Shown here: positions 1-8,070 of the stretch, piece by piece
Layout: each line of letters starts with the position of its first letter
Position numbering within the stretch: position 1 is the first letter of the stretch
Source: an uncultured Thermoplasmata archaeon
GTDB lineage: Archaea > Thermoplasmatota > Thermoplasmata > Halarchaeoplasmatales > Halarchaeoplasmataceae
DNA length: 14,599 bases
Assembly (NCBI GenBank): GCA_964399335.1
Contig: CAYNQI010000026.1
Span: 1-14,599 of the forward strand
Reading direction: 5' to 3'
The notes under the pieces: generated by a model
The model's input: only the letters and a program-made list of their open reading frames with translations
Told to the model about the DNA's origin: nothing
Database searches by the model: none
Made by a program: the position numbers and the translations under genes

Positions 1-238
1 TGATCTTCAGGAACAGTTTACGTTTATCCTCTATGACCTGTTCTCCTGTCAGGTTATCTAAAGCAAGTCTTCTAGGCGTGGTCGCGAAATGGCCTAAGCG
101 AGGGTTGTCGAGGCGGGCGTTCAAGGCGTCGGCCAACGGTGCGTCAACGGTGAGTACAAGGTCGTGGTCTTTGACTCGGTCGTAGATCTGGTCTATAGTT
201 AGTGATTTTTTTAAAGTTAGAGTGATCGGATCTCCCAT
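1..238 (-). CDS. Partial CDS (runs off the left edge): N-terminus of a conserved archaeal protein, resembling haloarchaeal AddB-like/PD-(D/E)XK nuclease family proteins
   Basis: Not in the ORF track. Manual translation from ATG at 238 gives 79 open codons: MGDPITLTLKKSLTIDQIYDRVKDHDLVLTVDAPLADALNARLDNPRLGHFATTPRRLALDNLTGEQVIEDKRKLFLKI. The motif S-IDxxYDxVxDxDLVLxxDAPLAxALNxRLDxPxxGxFATTPRRLA matches my recollection of that family's N-terminus. Sampled lines are 40-60% GC, higher than most of the window. Confidence 0.7.
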   Translation of the reverse strand, partial: MGDPITLTLKKSLTIDQIYDRVKDHDLVLTVDAPLADALNARLDNPRLGHFATTPRRLALDNLTGEQVIEDKRKLFLKI

Positions 239-266
239 GATGATCTTATGGAGATTGATGAGAGTG

Positions 267-272
267 TATAAA
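267..272 (-). promoter_or_regulatory. Putative archaeal TATA box (TTTATA on the minus strand) for the gene starting at 238
   Basis: Plus-strand TATAAA at 267-272 lies about 29-34 nt upstream of the minus-strand ATG at 238, the spacing expected for a short-leader archaeal transcript. Confidence 0.4.
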
Positions 273-305
273 GTAGTTATCGTGGAGGGGTGAGTGATTT
301 TAAGT

Positions 306-806
306 TTATTCAACTTCTAACTCTTTTATCTCTTCCACAACGTCATGGTAGAATTGGATGAGATCGTCTACATTATCATTTTCTAGTTGACAAATATGTC
401 CCTTCCAATGAATATCCTTTGGATCGGGGAGTTTTGGATTTTTCTTTTTGAGTGGTAACACATATTCTTTAACTATTTCTCTACGTTTTTCATCAAATTT
501 TTCCCGTAATTCTACATCTTCATAAAAAGTGGGATTGTTGAGAAAATTCGAGCTTCCATTTGACCAGAATCTATAAACTGACACGTTTTGATCCTCTGTT
601 AATTTTACCCTTAAAGAAAATGACCAGTTTTCTCCTTTTCCAAAATCAATCTTACCTAAATCTTTTGTTGCCTCGTATATGGCTTTTACTTTTGAACAAT
701 CTTCCTAACCAACCTCTATTTCTAAATCCTCGAAGAATCTATCTTCATCACTTTTTTGATTCTTAGTATTATTTGCCTTTTCATTATCGGTATTTTTCAT
801 TGACAT
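306..806 (-). pseudogene. Approximately 166-codon gene interrupted by a single in-frame TAG (707-705); hypothetical protein
   Basis: Track ORFs 705..890 and 306..584 are in the same frame (704-584=120 nt) and the 40 codons between them are open: MSMKNTDNEKANNTKNQKSDEDRFFEDLEIEVG*EDCSKVKAIYEATKDLGKIDFGKGENWSFSLRVKLTEDQNVSVYRFWSNG...EIKELEVE. A purine-rich RBS-like GGAAGTGG precedes ATG 806. Confidence 0.65.
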
Positions 807-929
807 CGATTTCCACTTCCTATTTTTAAGTATAGGAATATAGTGAATAAAGTTACAGTACCTAAAATTTATTTCATAACCCATAAACATTATATCATTA
901 ATGGTGATAACAAATGTAACGAAAATAAA

Positions 930-937
930 GGTGAGGT
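930..937 (+). promoter_or_regulatory. Archaeal-type Shine-Dalgarno GGTGAGGT for mcrB
   Basis: GGTGAGGT lies immediately upstream of ATG 941. A similar AGGTGAT at about 12387-12393 precedes ATG 12399. Confidence 0.7.
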
Positions 938-940
938 AAT

Positions 941-3900
941 ATGGTTGATATATTAGATATTGATGGATATACTTTCGATAAGGAAGTTTTACGACTGGCT
1001 GTTGAAGAATATGTAAAATTTAGAGGTACTGACGAACATACTGAAGATTACAAGTGGGAAATTTTTAAAGATTTAAACAAATGGTTAGATGAAAACGAAT
1101 TAAATGAGGAAAACATTCTTGATTTTGTTAACTTCCTTAAAGAAAAAAATCCTAATACAGGTTCATTTACACATTGGAGCGATCTTGATGATATAGCTAA
1201 ATTTACAGAAGAGAATATTGAAAAAACACTAGATTTATTCAAGGAGTTATATTATGGTAAAGATGATCTTGAAGATAGAATTTCAAAGTTCAGAGATGAA
1301 ATAAAAATAGGTACACCTGCCTTTGGTTATTTGCTAGCTGCCTTTAATTATGAAAAATATGCACCTATAAAAGTTGGTCTTTTTAAGAAGTTTATGGATC
1401 ATTTTGTAGACATGACTCCTAAAAATATAGGTTCGTTTTCTATTGATAAAAAGTATTCGTTCTATGTTCTATTTTGTGAGAAAATAGGTGAATTCTTAGA
1501 GGAAGAAGGGGTGATCGAAAAGGCAACAGCTTTAGCTGCACAAGATTTTTATTATACTATTGAAGCCTATGAAGATATTAAATTAGAATCCATATTTTTG
1601 AAATATATCTGGAATTTTGACCAAAAATTCAGTGAGTTTAAGAAAGATTCAGAGTTATTGATCCGTGAGATAGCTACATTGCCTACAGATTTTCTTCAAG
1701 AAAAGAGAGATTTTTGTGCGAATGATGAAAAGATAAACAAAATAAGATATATTACATTAGATAAGTTGATAAAAGAAGAAGATGTAGATATAGAAAAGAT
1801 AGCCACCGATGTAAATAGTGATTACGAAAAGAATATTTTGCAAAATTGGACGAATTTTACCATTCATTCTCAGATTTATTACGACTTTTTTAAGTATAGA
1901 TTGTCTAGATACTTTGAATCAATCAGTGAATTTCTCACTAGCAACATTGATATTGAAAGTTTAGACTCCAATATCGTGACATTCCAAGGTTCACGGAATA
2001 GGCCAACAGTTGAACCTTATATACTTATTTATCCTGAGGAAAAGGGTAGTCATAGAGATAGTTATCAATTCTTTTTCAGGGTCTTACCCAAAAAAATAGA
2101 ATATGGTTTGAGTCATGGTGAGAATATTGATGATAGTGAGTTTAAGGAGAAATATGTTGGTGAGATTAACGAGGTTGATGAAAATAGTTTAAAACGGATT
2201 GTTGAAAGATATAATCAGATAATAGATGAATTCAAAGAATTGAATCAACTAGATCTAGAAGTGGATGATGATATAAGATGGTATATCGACAAATATAAAG
2301 AACTTCACGATTGGAAAAGCGATTTAGAGAAAAGAAAGAAATTCCAAGATAAATATAGAAAGATATTTGATCCTGATAATATTGATGAACTCGATAAAGA
2401 AGATGTTTTCTCTTTTTTAAAGGAATCATTTTGGCCTGGTCTTGAAAGGAGTAAAAATAAAATCACAGAAGACATGGAAAAATTACGAAAATCAATTGAG
2501 TACCTTCTTGATGATAACGAAGACTTAATAGAAAGATTGAACAACATTGTCGACAATTCAAAAAGTGAATACTGGATAAGAGGGATGGGTAGGAATCTAT
2601 CTACCGGAATCATTAAACTAATGGATGAATCCGATGAATATGGAGTCTTCAATGAAAGAGCAACTACAGCTATGAAGAAACTTGGTATATATCCTGATGA
2701 TATAACTTCTTCGATGAGTACTGGTGAAAAATACGTCAAAATTAATGAGGTCTTGAAAAAACTGAATAATATGGGTTTAGAAGGTATGTGGGATGTTGAT
2801 TATTTTGTCTATTGGTTGGATGAAAACTATGAAAAACTAGCAAAAAAGAAACAAAAACATAAAGAAATTGATATCCCAGCAGAAATTGAAGAAATTTTTA
2901 ATGAAGTATTCAAAGACAAAAGGCTAATTGTGCCTGCTTTTAATCATTTCAAGTTGGTTTTTAATGAGATCAAAGGTAAAAAGGATATCGGGGATAAAGT
3001 AGCAACTACGTGGAGAAAAAGTGATGATATGATATCAATCAACATAGGGAATTGGAAGATATTTAGTATCGCCAGAGATCAGGATCAATATCAATGTGCT
3101 ATAGCAGCTGATTTAGACGTGTTATATGAGGAATATGATAGTTGGCCCGAATTCATTGAAGAATATCGTGAATTTAAAGTGGGTAAGAATCATAAGTTGA
3201 TCAAATTTGAATGGCATCCAGATATATTTGAGAAACATTCTAGTTTGAAAGAAGCAATGAAAAATTCAACCAATTATGCTTTTGACTATTTCAATAGTAG
3301 TGCATATACAAACCATCAACATGAAGGTCTTTTTGAATTCTTCACTGATAAAGATTATGAACAACCTATTCCAGAAGATATACACGCTGTAGAAGAGGAA
3401 ACCAATTACTTCTGGGTTACTGCAAATCCGAGCATATGGAGAGTTTCTAAAATTGAAGATGGGAAAAGTGTATTCTATAATGCATATAATAGAAAAGGTA
3501 ACAAAAAAAGGATCTTCGAGTCATTTGAAAAGGCAAAAGCAGGGGACAAAGTATTGTTTTATGAATCTACACCTGTTAAGAAAATTGTCGCCGAAGGTGA
3601 GATTGAAAAAGGTATGCACTATAAAAAACAAGAGGGGTTTGATGAAGCAACAAAAGGTATTTCCATAAAATATTGTGAACCTATAAATGATATATCTTGG
3701 AAAGAGATTACTGATGTTTCAAAACTTGAAGACTCCGCTCCAGTGAAGAATAGCGCTAGAGGTAGTATATTTGAAATTTCCAAAGATGAATATGATGCTA
3801 TTTTGTCTTTAGAAGAAAATATACAAGAAATTGAAAGAACTAAGGAAGAGATCTTGCTCGAAAAGAATAATGCGGAACTAGAGTTCGAAGATATCGATTT

Positions 3901-4882
3901 CACTGAAGGATTACATTTCCCTAAAAAGACTAGAAGAGATATAATCCAATCTGTTAAAGCCGCTCTAAAATCTGGAAAAAATATCATATTAACGGGACCT
4001 CCTGGAACAGGGAAAACGAAGATAGCTAGAAACATCGCTAAATTGATGGAGGATAATTGTGAATGTGTGGATGGATTCACATTCACGACTGCAACAGCTG
4101 ACTGGACCACCTTTGATACTATGGGTGGTTATCATCCTCACAAAGAAGATGGTTCTCTGTGTTTCAAACCTGGTCTGTTCTTAAAATGCTTCAAGGAAGA
4201 TTTCAAACCTGTAAATAAATGGCTGATAATCGATGAGATAAACAGGGCTGATATCGACAAAGCATTTGGACAATTATTTAGTGTATTATCAAAGGACGAT
4301 GTGGAATTACCATTTACTGATGAAAGTGAAAGATCTATTTCAGTTGTATCGATAAACGAAAAAAACGATGAGATCGAATATAAAGACAACAACTACTACG
4401 TAACACGCAATTGGAGGCTACTTGCTACCATGAACACCTACGATAAAGCTTCGCTTTATGAGATGAGCTACGCATTCATGAGACGGTTCGCTTTCATCGA
4501 TGTAGGTGTTCCTATGGAACAGATCAGTGATGATTTGATTATAGAATATATCAAAAAATGGGATGATCTTGAAGTTGATGAGGTTGAAAATTATCTTGAT
4601 AATCTAAGCCGTGTTTGGAAAGTTTTGAATGATGGTAAAAGGTCCATCGGCCCAGCTATCATAAAGGATATGTTACTATTCTTAAAAGAATCAGGTGATG
4701 GAGAAGGTCTAGTGAACGCATTGAAACTATATGTTTTACCTCAGATGGAGGGTATGATAAAAAGTGACCAGGAAAAGATATTCCAAGATTTGATACAAGA
4801 GATTGGTCATCAAGATGAAATAAAGAAAGTAGCTAAGGAGAGATTTGAACTTATATTGAAAGAAAAGAAAGAAGGCGAATAA
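941..4882 (+). CDS. mcrB: McrB-family AAA+ GTPase (type IV, modification-dependent restriction) with a long multidomain N-terminus including an EVE domain
   Basis: Walker A GPPGTGKT (nt 3995-4018), Walker B LIIDEINRA (about 4223-4249), McrB signature MNTYD (NxxD, 4433-4444) and AFMRRF arginine finger. The EVE-like segment NYFWVTANPSIW...AKAGDKVLFYESTPVKKIVAEGEI...RGSIFEISKDEYDAIL (about 3403-3810) lies directly before the GTPase. The gene is followed after 2 nt by a McrC-like gene. Confidence 0.92.
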   Translation: MVDILDIDGYTFDKEVLRLAVEEYVKFRGTDEHTEDYKWEIFKDLNKWLDENELNEENILDFVNFLKEKNPNTGSFTHWSDLDDIAKFTEENIEKTLDLFKELYYGKDDLEDRISKFRDEIKIGTPAFGYLLAAFNYEKYAPIKVGLFKKFMDHFVDMTPKNIGSFSIDKKYSFYVLFCEKIGEFLEEEGVIEKATALAAQDFYYTIEAYEDIKLESIFLKYIWNFDQKFSEFKKDSELLIREIATLPTDFLQEKRDFCANDEKINKIRYITLDKLIKEEDVDIEKIATDVNSDYEKNILQNWTNFTIHSQIYYDFFKYRLSRYFESISEFLTSNIDIESLDSNIVTFQGSRNRPTVEPYILIYPEEKGSHRDSYQFFFRVLPKKIEYGLSHGENIDDSEFKEKYVGEINEVDENSLKRIVERYNQIIDEFKELNQLDLEVDDDIRWYIDKYKELHDWKSDLEKRKKFQDKYRKIFDPDNIDELDKEDVFSFLKESFWPGLERSKNKITEDMEKLRKSIEYLLDDNEDLIERLNNIVDNSKSEYWIRGMGRNLSTGIIKLMDESDEYGVFNERATTAMKKLGIYPDDITSSMSTGEKYVKINEVLKKLNNMGLEGMWDVDYFVYWLDENYEKLAKKKQKHKEIDIPAEIEEIFNEVFKDKRLIVPAFNHFKLVFNEIKGKKDIGDKVATTWRKSDDMISINIGNWKIFSIARDQDQYQCAIAADLDVLYEEYDSWPEFIEEYREFKVGKNHKLIKFEWHPDIFEKHSSLKEAMKNSTNYAFDYFNSSAYTNHQHEGLFEFFTDKDYEQPIPEDIHAVEEETNYFWVTANPSIWRVSKIEDGKSVFYNAYNRKGNKKRIFESFEKAKAGDKVLFYESTPVKKIVAEGEIEKGMHYKKQEGFDEATKGISIKYCEPINDISWKEITDVSKLEDSAPVKNSARGSIFEISKDEYDAILSLEENIQEIERTKEEILLEKNNAELEFEDIDFTEGLHFPKKTRRDIIQSVKAALKSGKNIILTGPPGTGKTKIARNIAKLMEDNCECVDGFTFTTATADWTTFDTMGGYHPHKEDGSLCFKPGLFLKCFKEDFKPVNKWLIIDEINRADIDKAFGQLFSVLSKDDVELPFTDESERSISVVSINEKNDEIEYKDNNYYVTRNWRLLATMNTYDKASLYEMSYAFMRRFAFIDVGVPMEQISDDLIIEYIKKWDDLEVDEVENYLDNLSRVWKVLNDGKRSIGPAIIKDMLLFLKESGDGEGLVNALKLYVLPQMEGMIKSDQEKIFQDLIQEIGHQDEIKKVAKERFELILKEKKEGE

Positions 4883-4884
4883 AG

Positions 4885-6207
4885 ATGAGCAAAACTCCTC
4901 AAGACGAACTACTAGAACCTGTTGCATCAGAGATGGTGAGTTTTCTAAGAAATGGACTAATTAACCCAGAATTTATTGAAAATAATCTAGAGTTTAAAGG
5001 TATCGATAGGATACAGGATCTAAAATCTATCTTGAGGATACATTTCGTATTATCTGAACCTGTAGTCAACTTTTTGAAAGAGTTACCTAGAAGGATTAGA
5101 AGGATCAAAACAGAATCAAAGAAAAACGTTATCAGGAGGAGAGGTGAAATAAGAGGACGGATAAACTGGAGCAGAACGGTCATCGACCAAAGATCTCAGA
5201 ACGACCGTTCAATATTCATATGTCAGAACCCTTCTAAGAATTACAACGTATCTGAAAACTTAGTTTTGAAAAAATTGTTATCGATCATCTATGTGGTGTT
5301 GGATAGTGATCTAGAAACACCGCTTGAGAAGAATTACACTTGGTTGAAAGGGTTAAAGGATGAAGAAGATCTGGTAACCTTTCTAAAAAACATATATCGT
5401 AGAAATGTACACGTGAACAGGATAAAAGATCCGGAAGAATACCAAGTTTCTGAAAGGGATACATCTATTGCAGAAAATTCTAGAAAAGAACTTTACAAAG
5501 AGGCAGCTTATCTGTTTATAAAATACAAGAAACTGATGGGTGGTGAATATGAGAAAAAAGAGTTGGAAGAACTGTTGAATGAAACATTGATCATCCCAGG
5601 AGATGCACCAACATTGTTTGAATTGTATGCAGTGTTCAAACTCCTCCGTAAAATCGGAGAGGACTTCGAAATTAAAAAATATGTAGAAGGGAGTTCAGAG
5701 ATCGCTCTATTTGAAAAAGATGAAACTAAGGTTCTAGTTTATCACGACTCGACTGGTGGTATGAATTTCTATGAGAGTATATTGAAATTAAGACAAAAGA
5801 AATCAGATATCAAATACCTTGAGAGATTTAGGAAAGCTACGTTGGAGTATGCTGATCTAGTAAAGAAGCTGTTAGATGAAGAAAAATCTTCTATCTATGG
5901 AGGTCGACCTGATCTTTTGATAGAGCATTATGAAAGTGGTGAATTGAAGAAACTCGTTATCGGTGAGGTCAAATATTCGGACCAAAAGTCAAAATTCAAG
6001 GAAGGTTTAAAAGAGTTGATAGATTACCTCTATTTTGCAAGGGAAGGAGACGATTATGTACTGGATAACCTAGAAATCGAAGGTATTTTGGTCGTTGACA
6101 AGAAGGGATATTTGGGAAGTAGTAAGTTAGAAGAAAATAAAGTTATAGGAGACTTACCATTCAAATTGGAAATATATGATACTGAGGAACTGAAAGGGAT
6201 AGGATGA
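4885..6207 (+). CDS. mcrC: McrC-like PD-(D/E)XK endonuclease subunit
   Basis: Translationally coupled to mcrB (TAA-AG-ATG). Contains the McrC-type GEIRGRINWSRT and NYNVSENLVLK motifs and the C-terminal catalytic pattern RPDLLI...VIGEVKYS...EGLKELIDYL. Confidence 0.85.
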   Translation: MSKTPQDELLEPVASEMVSFLRNGLINPEFIENNLEFKGIDRIQDLKSILRIHFVLSEPVVNFLKELPRRIRRIKTESKKNVIRRRGEIRGRINWSRTVIDQRSQNDRSIFICQNPSKNYNVSENLVLKKLLSIIYVVLDSDLETPLEKNYTWLKGLKDEEDLVTFLKNIYRRNVHVNRIKDPEEYQVSERDTSIAENSRKELYKEAAYLFIKYKKLMGGEYEKKELEELLNETLIIPGDAPTLFELYAVFKLLRKIGEDFEIKKYVEGSSEIALFEKDETKVLVYHDSTGGMNFYESILKLRQKKSDIKYLERFRKATLEYADLVKKLLDEEKSSIYGGRPDLLIEHYESGELKKLVIGEVKYSDQKSKFKEGLKELIDYLYFAREGDDYVLDNLEIEGILVVDKKGYLGSSKLEENKVIGDLPFKLEIYDTEELKGIG

Positions 6208-6234
6208 GTCTGGATCTAATGTAAGTGATATAAT

Positions 6235-7029
6235 ATGGTCAAAACAACATCTAATCAGTTTAGAGAATTGAAAAGAAAATTAGCTAATGGGAAAGTCAGA
6301 GAGAACGAAAAGTTATGGAATTTTTTGATCGCTTCAATCCTAGATAAAAAAAACAATAAATCAAGATATATCAGAAAATTCACAGATGATTTAGTTACTG
6401 AAGATGGATTCGATATCTGGTTCGAGTCTCAGCCATTACCACCTCGTGAGGATGAGGGTAACACAGCTTTAGACTTCTCTTTTGGAGACATTAAAAGAAG
6501 AGGTGATACTAAATCAGGTATCGAATACGATCCTGTTGAAGACTCATTCGTGTGTTTTGTAGAAGGAAAATTGTTCTCTGACTGCAGTACTAGAGTACGT
6601 AAAGATCCCTTGAGGAACCAGCTCATCAGAATCATAGAGAATTTACTATGTTTTCAAAGTAAAGGTAAATTCCCAGATAAACTGTATTTTACTCTACTTA
6701 CACCTAAAATATTCAAAGAAAACAAAAGATCGAAGTTGTATTCTTATAAAATGCAGGAATATTGGGATGAAGAAAGTGATACTATACGGAAAGACAATAT
6801 CTTAAGAGATATCGATTCCTGTAGGAACGAAAGAAGGAATCAAACAGATTGGAGATATCCTGATATCGAGGGGAGGCTGGATAGGCTGAATATAAGTTGG
6901 GTGACCTATGAAGAGATACTAGCGGAAGAATTTGATATGGATGGGTTAGATTTGACTGATCTAGAAGAGAGGGAGTTAGAGGGATTTAAAGGTGAAATGG
7001 AGAGAAAGATAAAGGAGATAAGAAGTTAA
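6235..7029 (+). CDS. Hypothetical protein, probable PD-(D/E)XK nuclease fold
   Basis: 264-aa ORF 27 nt after mcrC. The pattern EGNTALDFSFG...FVCFVEGKLFSD...RNQLIRIIE gives D, ExK and a downstream Q-containing helix typical of the superfamily. Confidence 0.6.
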   Translation: MVKTTSNQFRELKRKLANGKVRENEKLWNFLIASILDKKNNKSRYIRKFTDDLVTEDGFDIWFESQPLPPREDEGNTALDFSFGDIKRRGDTKSGIEYDPVEDSFVCFVEGKLFSDCSTRVRKDPLRNQLIRIIENLLCFQSKGKFPDKLYFTLLTPKIFKENKRSKLYSYKMQEYWDEESDTIRKDNILRDIDSCRNERRNQTDWRYPDIEGRLDRLNISWVTYEEILAEEFDMDGLDLTDLEERELEGFKGEMERKIKEIRS

Positions 7030-7153
7030 GTATCAAAAAAGGTCAATAATTTGGATCTCCGATAATCAGTAAATAACCTAGATAGAAGCCTGGATGAAAA
7101 GGGATTTTGTATCGGGTACAGATGTTTTGCTCGACATACACAAAAGACCAAAA

Positions 7154-7185
7154 TAATTAATTAATACCTATGTATATACCTATGT
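7154..7185 (+). promoter_or_regulatory. TATA-like element plus a tandem 10-bp direct repeat (ATACCTATGT x2), putative RHH operator of a leaderless gene
   Basis: TAATTAATTA at 7154-7163. Exact ATACCTATGT copies at 7164-7173 and 7176-7185 (12-bp period) end 3 nt before ATG 7189. No SD sequence is present. Confidence 0.5.
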
Positions 7186-7188
7186 GTT

Positions 7189-7953
7189 ATGAAGAAGAAC
7201 ACCATGTTGACGTTGGAAAAGAACGTAATAGAGACCGCTAAAGCATTGGGGATCAATCTTAGCCAGGTTGCTGGTGAAGCGTTAAAAAAGAGACTTGAAG
7301 AAAGGTTACGTCCTAGAGGACAAGGTATCGTACAGATCCCAAAGACAGAAAAAGTGATATTGAAAAATATAGGTCCTTTTCAAGGCGAAAAAGAGTTCGA
7401 GTTTTCAGATGGTATGAACGTGATAGTAGGAGCTAACGGTTCCGGAAAAACAACTATCATCGAATCTATCAGAGCAGTTTATGGTGATCAAAGACCCCCT
7501 ACCAAGAACGAGTTTGTAGAAGATGATGAGGATGCTTGGATCAAAGTGGTTCCCATGGACGGAGAGATCAAAAGAGACATCTCAGAGGTGGGTCATAGGT
7601 TAACCGAAGGTGACTTTACTCATAGGATCGATTTTGAGAGGTTTGATAGCTTGACTGAGGTGATCAAAGAGAGGATGAGTCACAATGCAGGTATGGATTT
7701 TAGGGGGCTTTCTGAAGGTGATAGAGTGTTCAGAGAGATAGTGTTCCAGTCCATGGCCACTAGACCTAACGAATGTTATGTGAATGATGGGGCTCTAGCA
7801 AGGTTGGATGTCAAAATCAAGGAAATAGTCTTGGACATGTTACGTCAACAGGACATCCAAGTGATACTCACTTTCCCTTCTATAGACAGGGAGGATGAAA
7901 GGATATACTCAGAGGATCACAACATGGTTGAGATTGGAGAGAGGAGGTCGTGA
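7189..7953 (+). CDS. Fusion of a CcdA-like RHH domain and a short Rad50/SMC-type ABC ATPase with degenerate Walker B and H-loop
   Basis: Residues 1-40 MKKNTMLTLEKNVIETAKALGINLSQVAGEALKKRL are RHH antitoxin-like. They are followed by VILKNIGPF, Walker A GANGSGKTT (7429-7455), signature LSEGD (7708-7722), Walker B-like CYVNDG, D-loop LARLD and QVILTFP. Confidence 0.75.
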   Translation: MKKNTMLTLEKNVIETAKALGINLSQVAGEALKKRLEERLRPRGQGIVQIPKTEKVILKNIGPFQGEKEFEFSDGMNVIVGANGSGKTTIIESIRAVYGDQRPPTKNEFVEDDEDAWIKVVPMDGEIKRDISEVGHRLTEGDFTHRIDFERFDSLTEVIKERMSHNAGMDFRGLSEGDRVFREIVFQSMATRPNECYVNDGALARLDVKIKEIVLDMLRQQDIQVILTFPSIDREDERIYSEDHNMVEIGERRS

Positions 7954-8070
7954 AACATTTCCATTTTCACCGACCCCTTGATTAAATTTATAAGTAGAGT
8001 GAAAGAAGTGATATATTTCCCGGAAGCGGGAGAAAAATATGGAGTTTGAAAAGTAGGAGAGGTAGATAAG

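Noticed and set aside
60-180. GC-rich stretch considered as a tRNA or structured RNA
   Set aside because: No cloverleaf or T-loop motif is present, and the stretch is fully explained as coding sequence on the minus strand.
560-766. 68-aa + strand ORF
   Set aside because: It is the antisense shadow of the amber-interrupted minus-strand gene, with a Leu/Phe-rich composition typical of the reverse of Glu/Lys codons and no RBS.
807-890. Upstream extension of the 705..890 ORF (MFMGYEINF...)
   Set aside because: It runs through the AT-rich divergent promoter region. The RBS-like sequence supports a start at 806 or 800 instead.
1048-5183. Minus-strand and alternate-frame ORFs inside mcrB/mcrC (1048..1242, 2232..2429, 2305..2739, 3453..3668, 3619..4110, 4138..4392, 4736..4927, 4899..5183)
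   Set aside because: They overlap strongly supported genes and are Ser/Leu/Phe-rich shadows without motifs.
8018-8031. Small hairpin TCCCG-GAAG-CGGGA between the two ATPase genes
   Set aside because: It has only a 5-bp stem and no T-tract, which is insufficient to call a terminator or RNA element.
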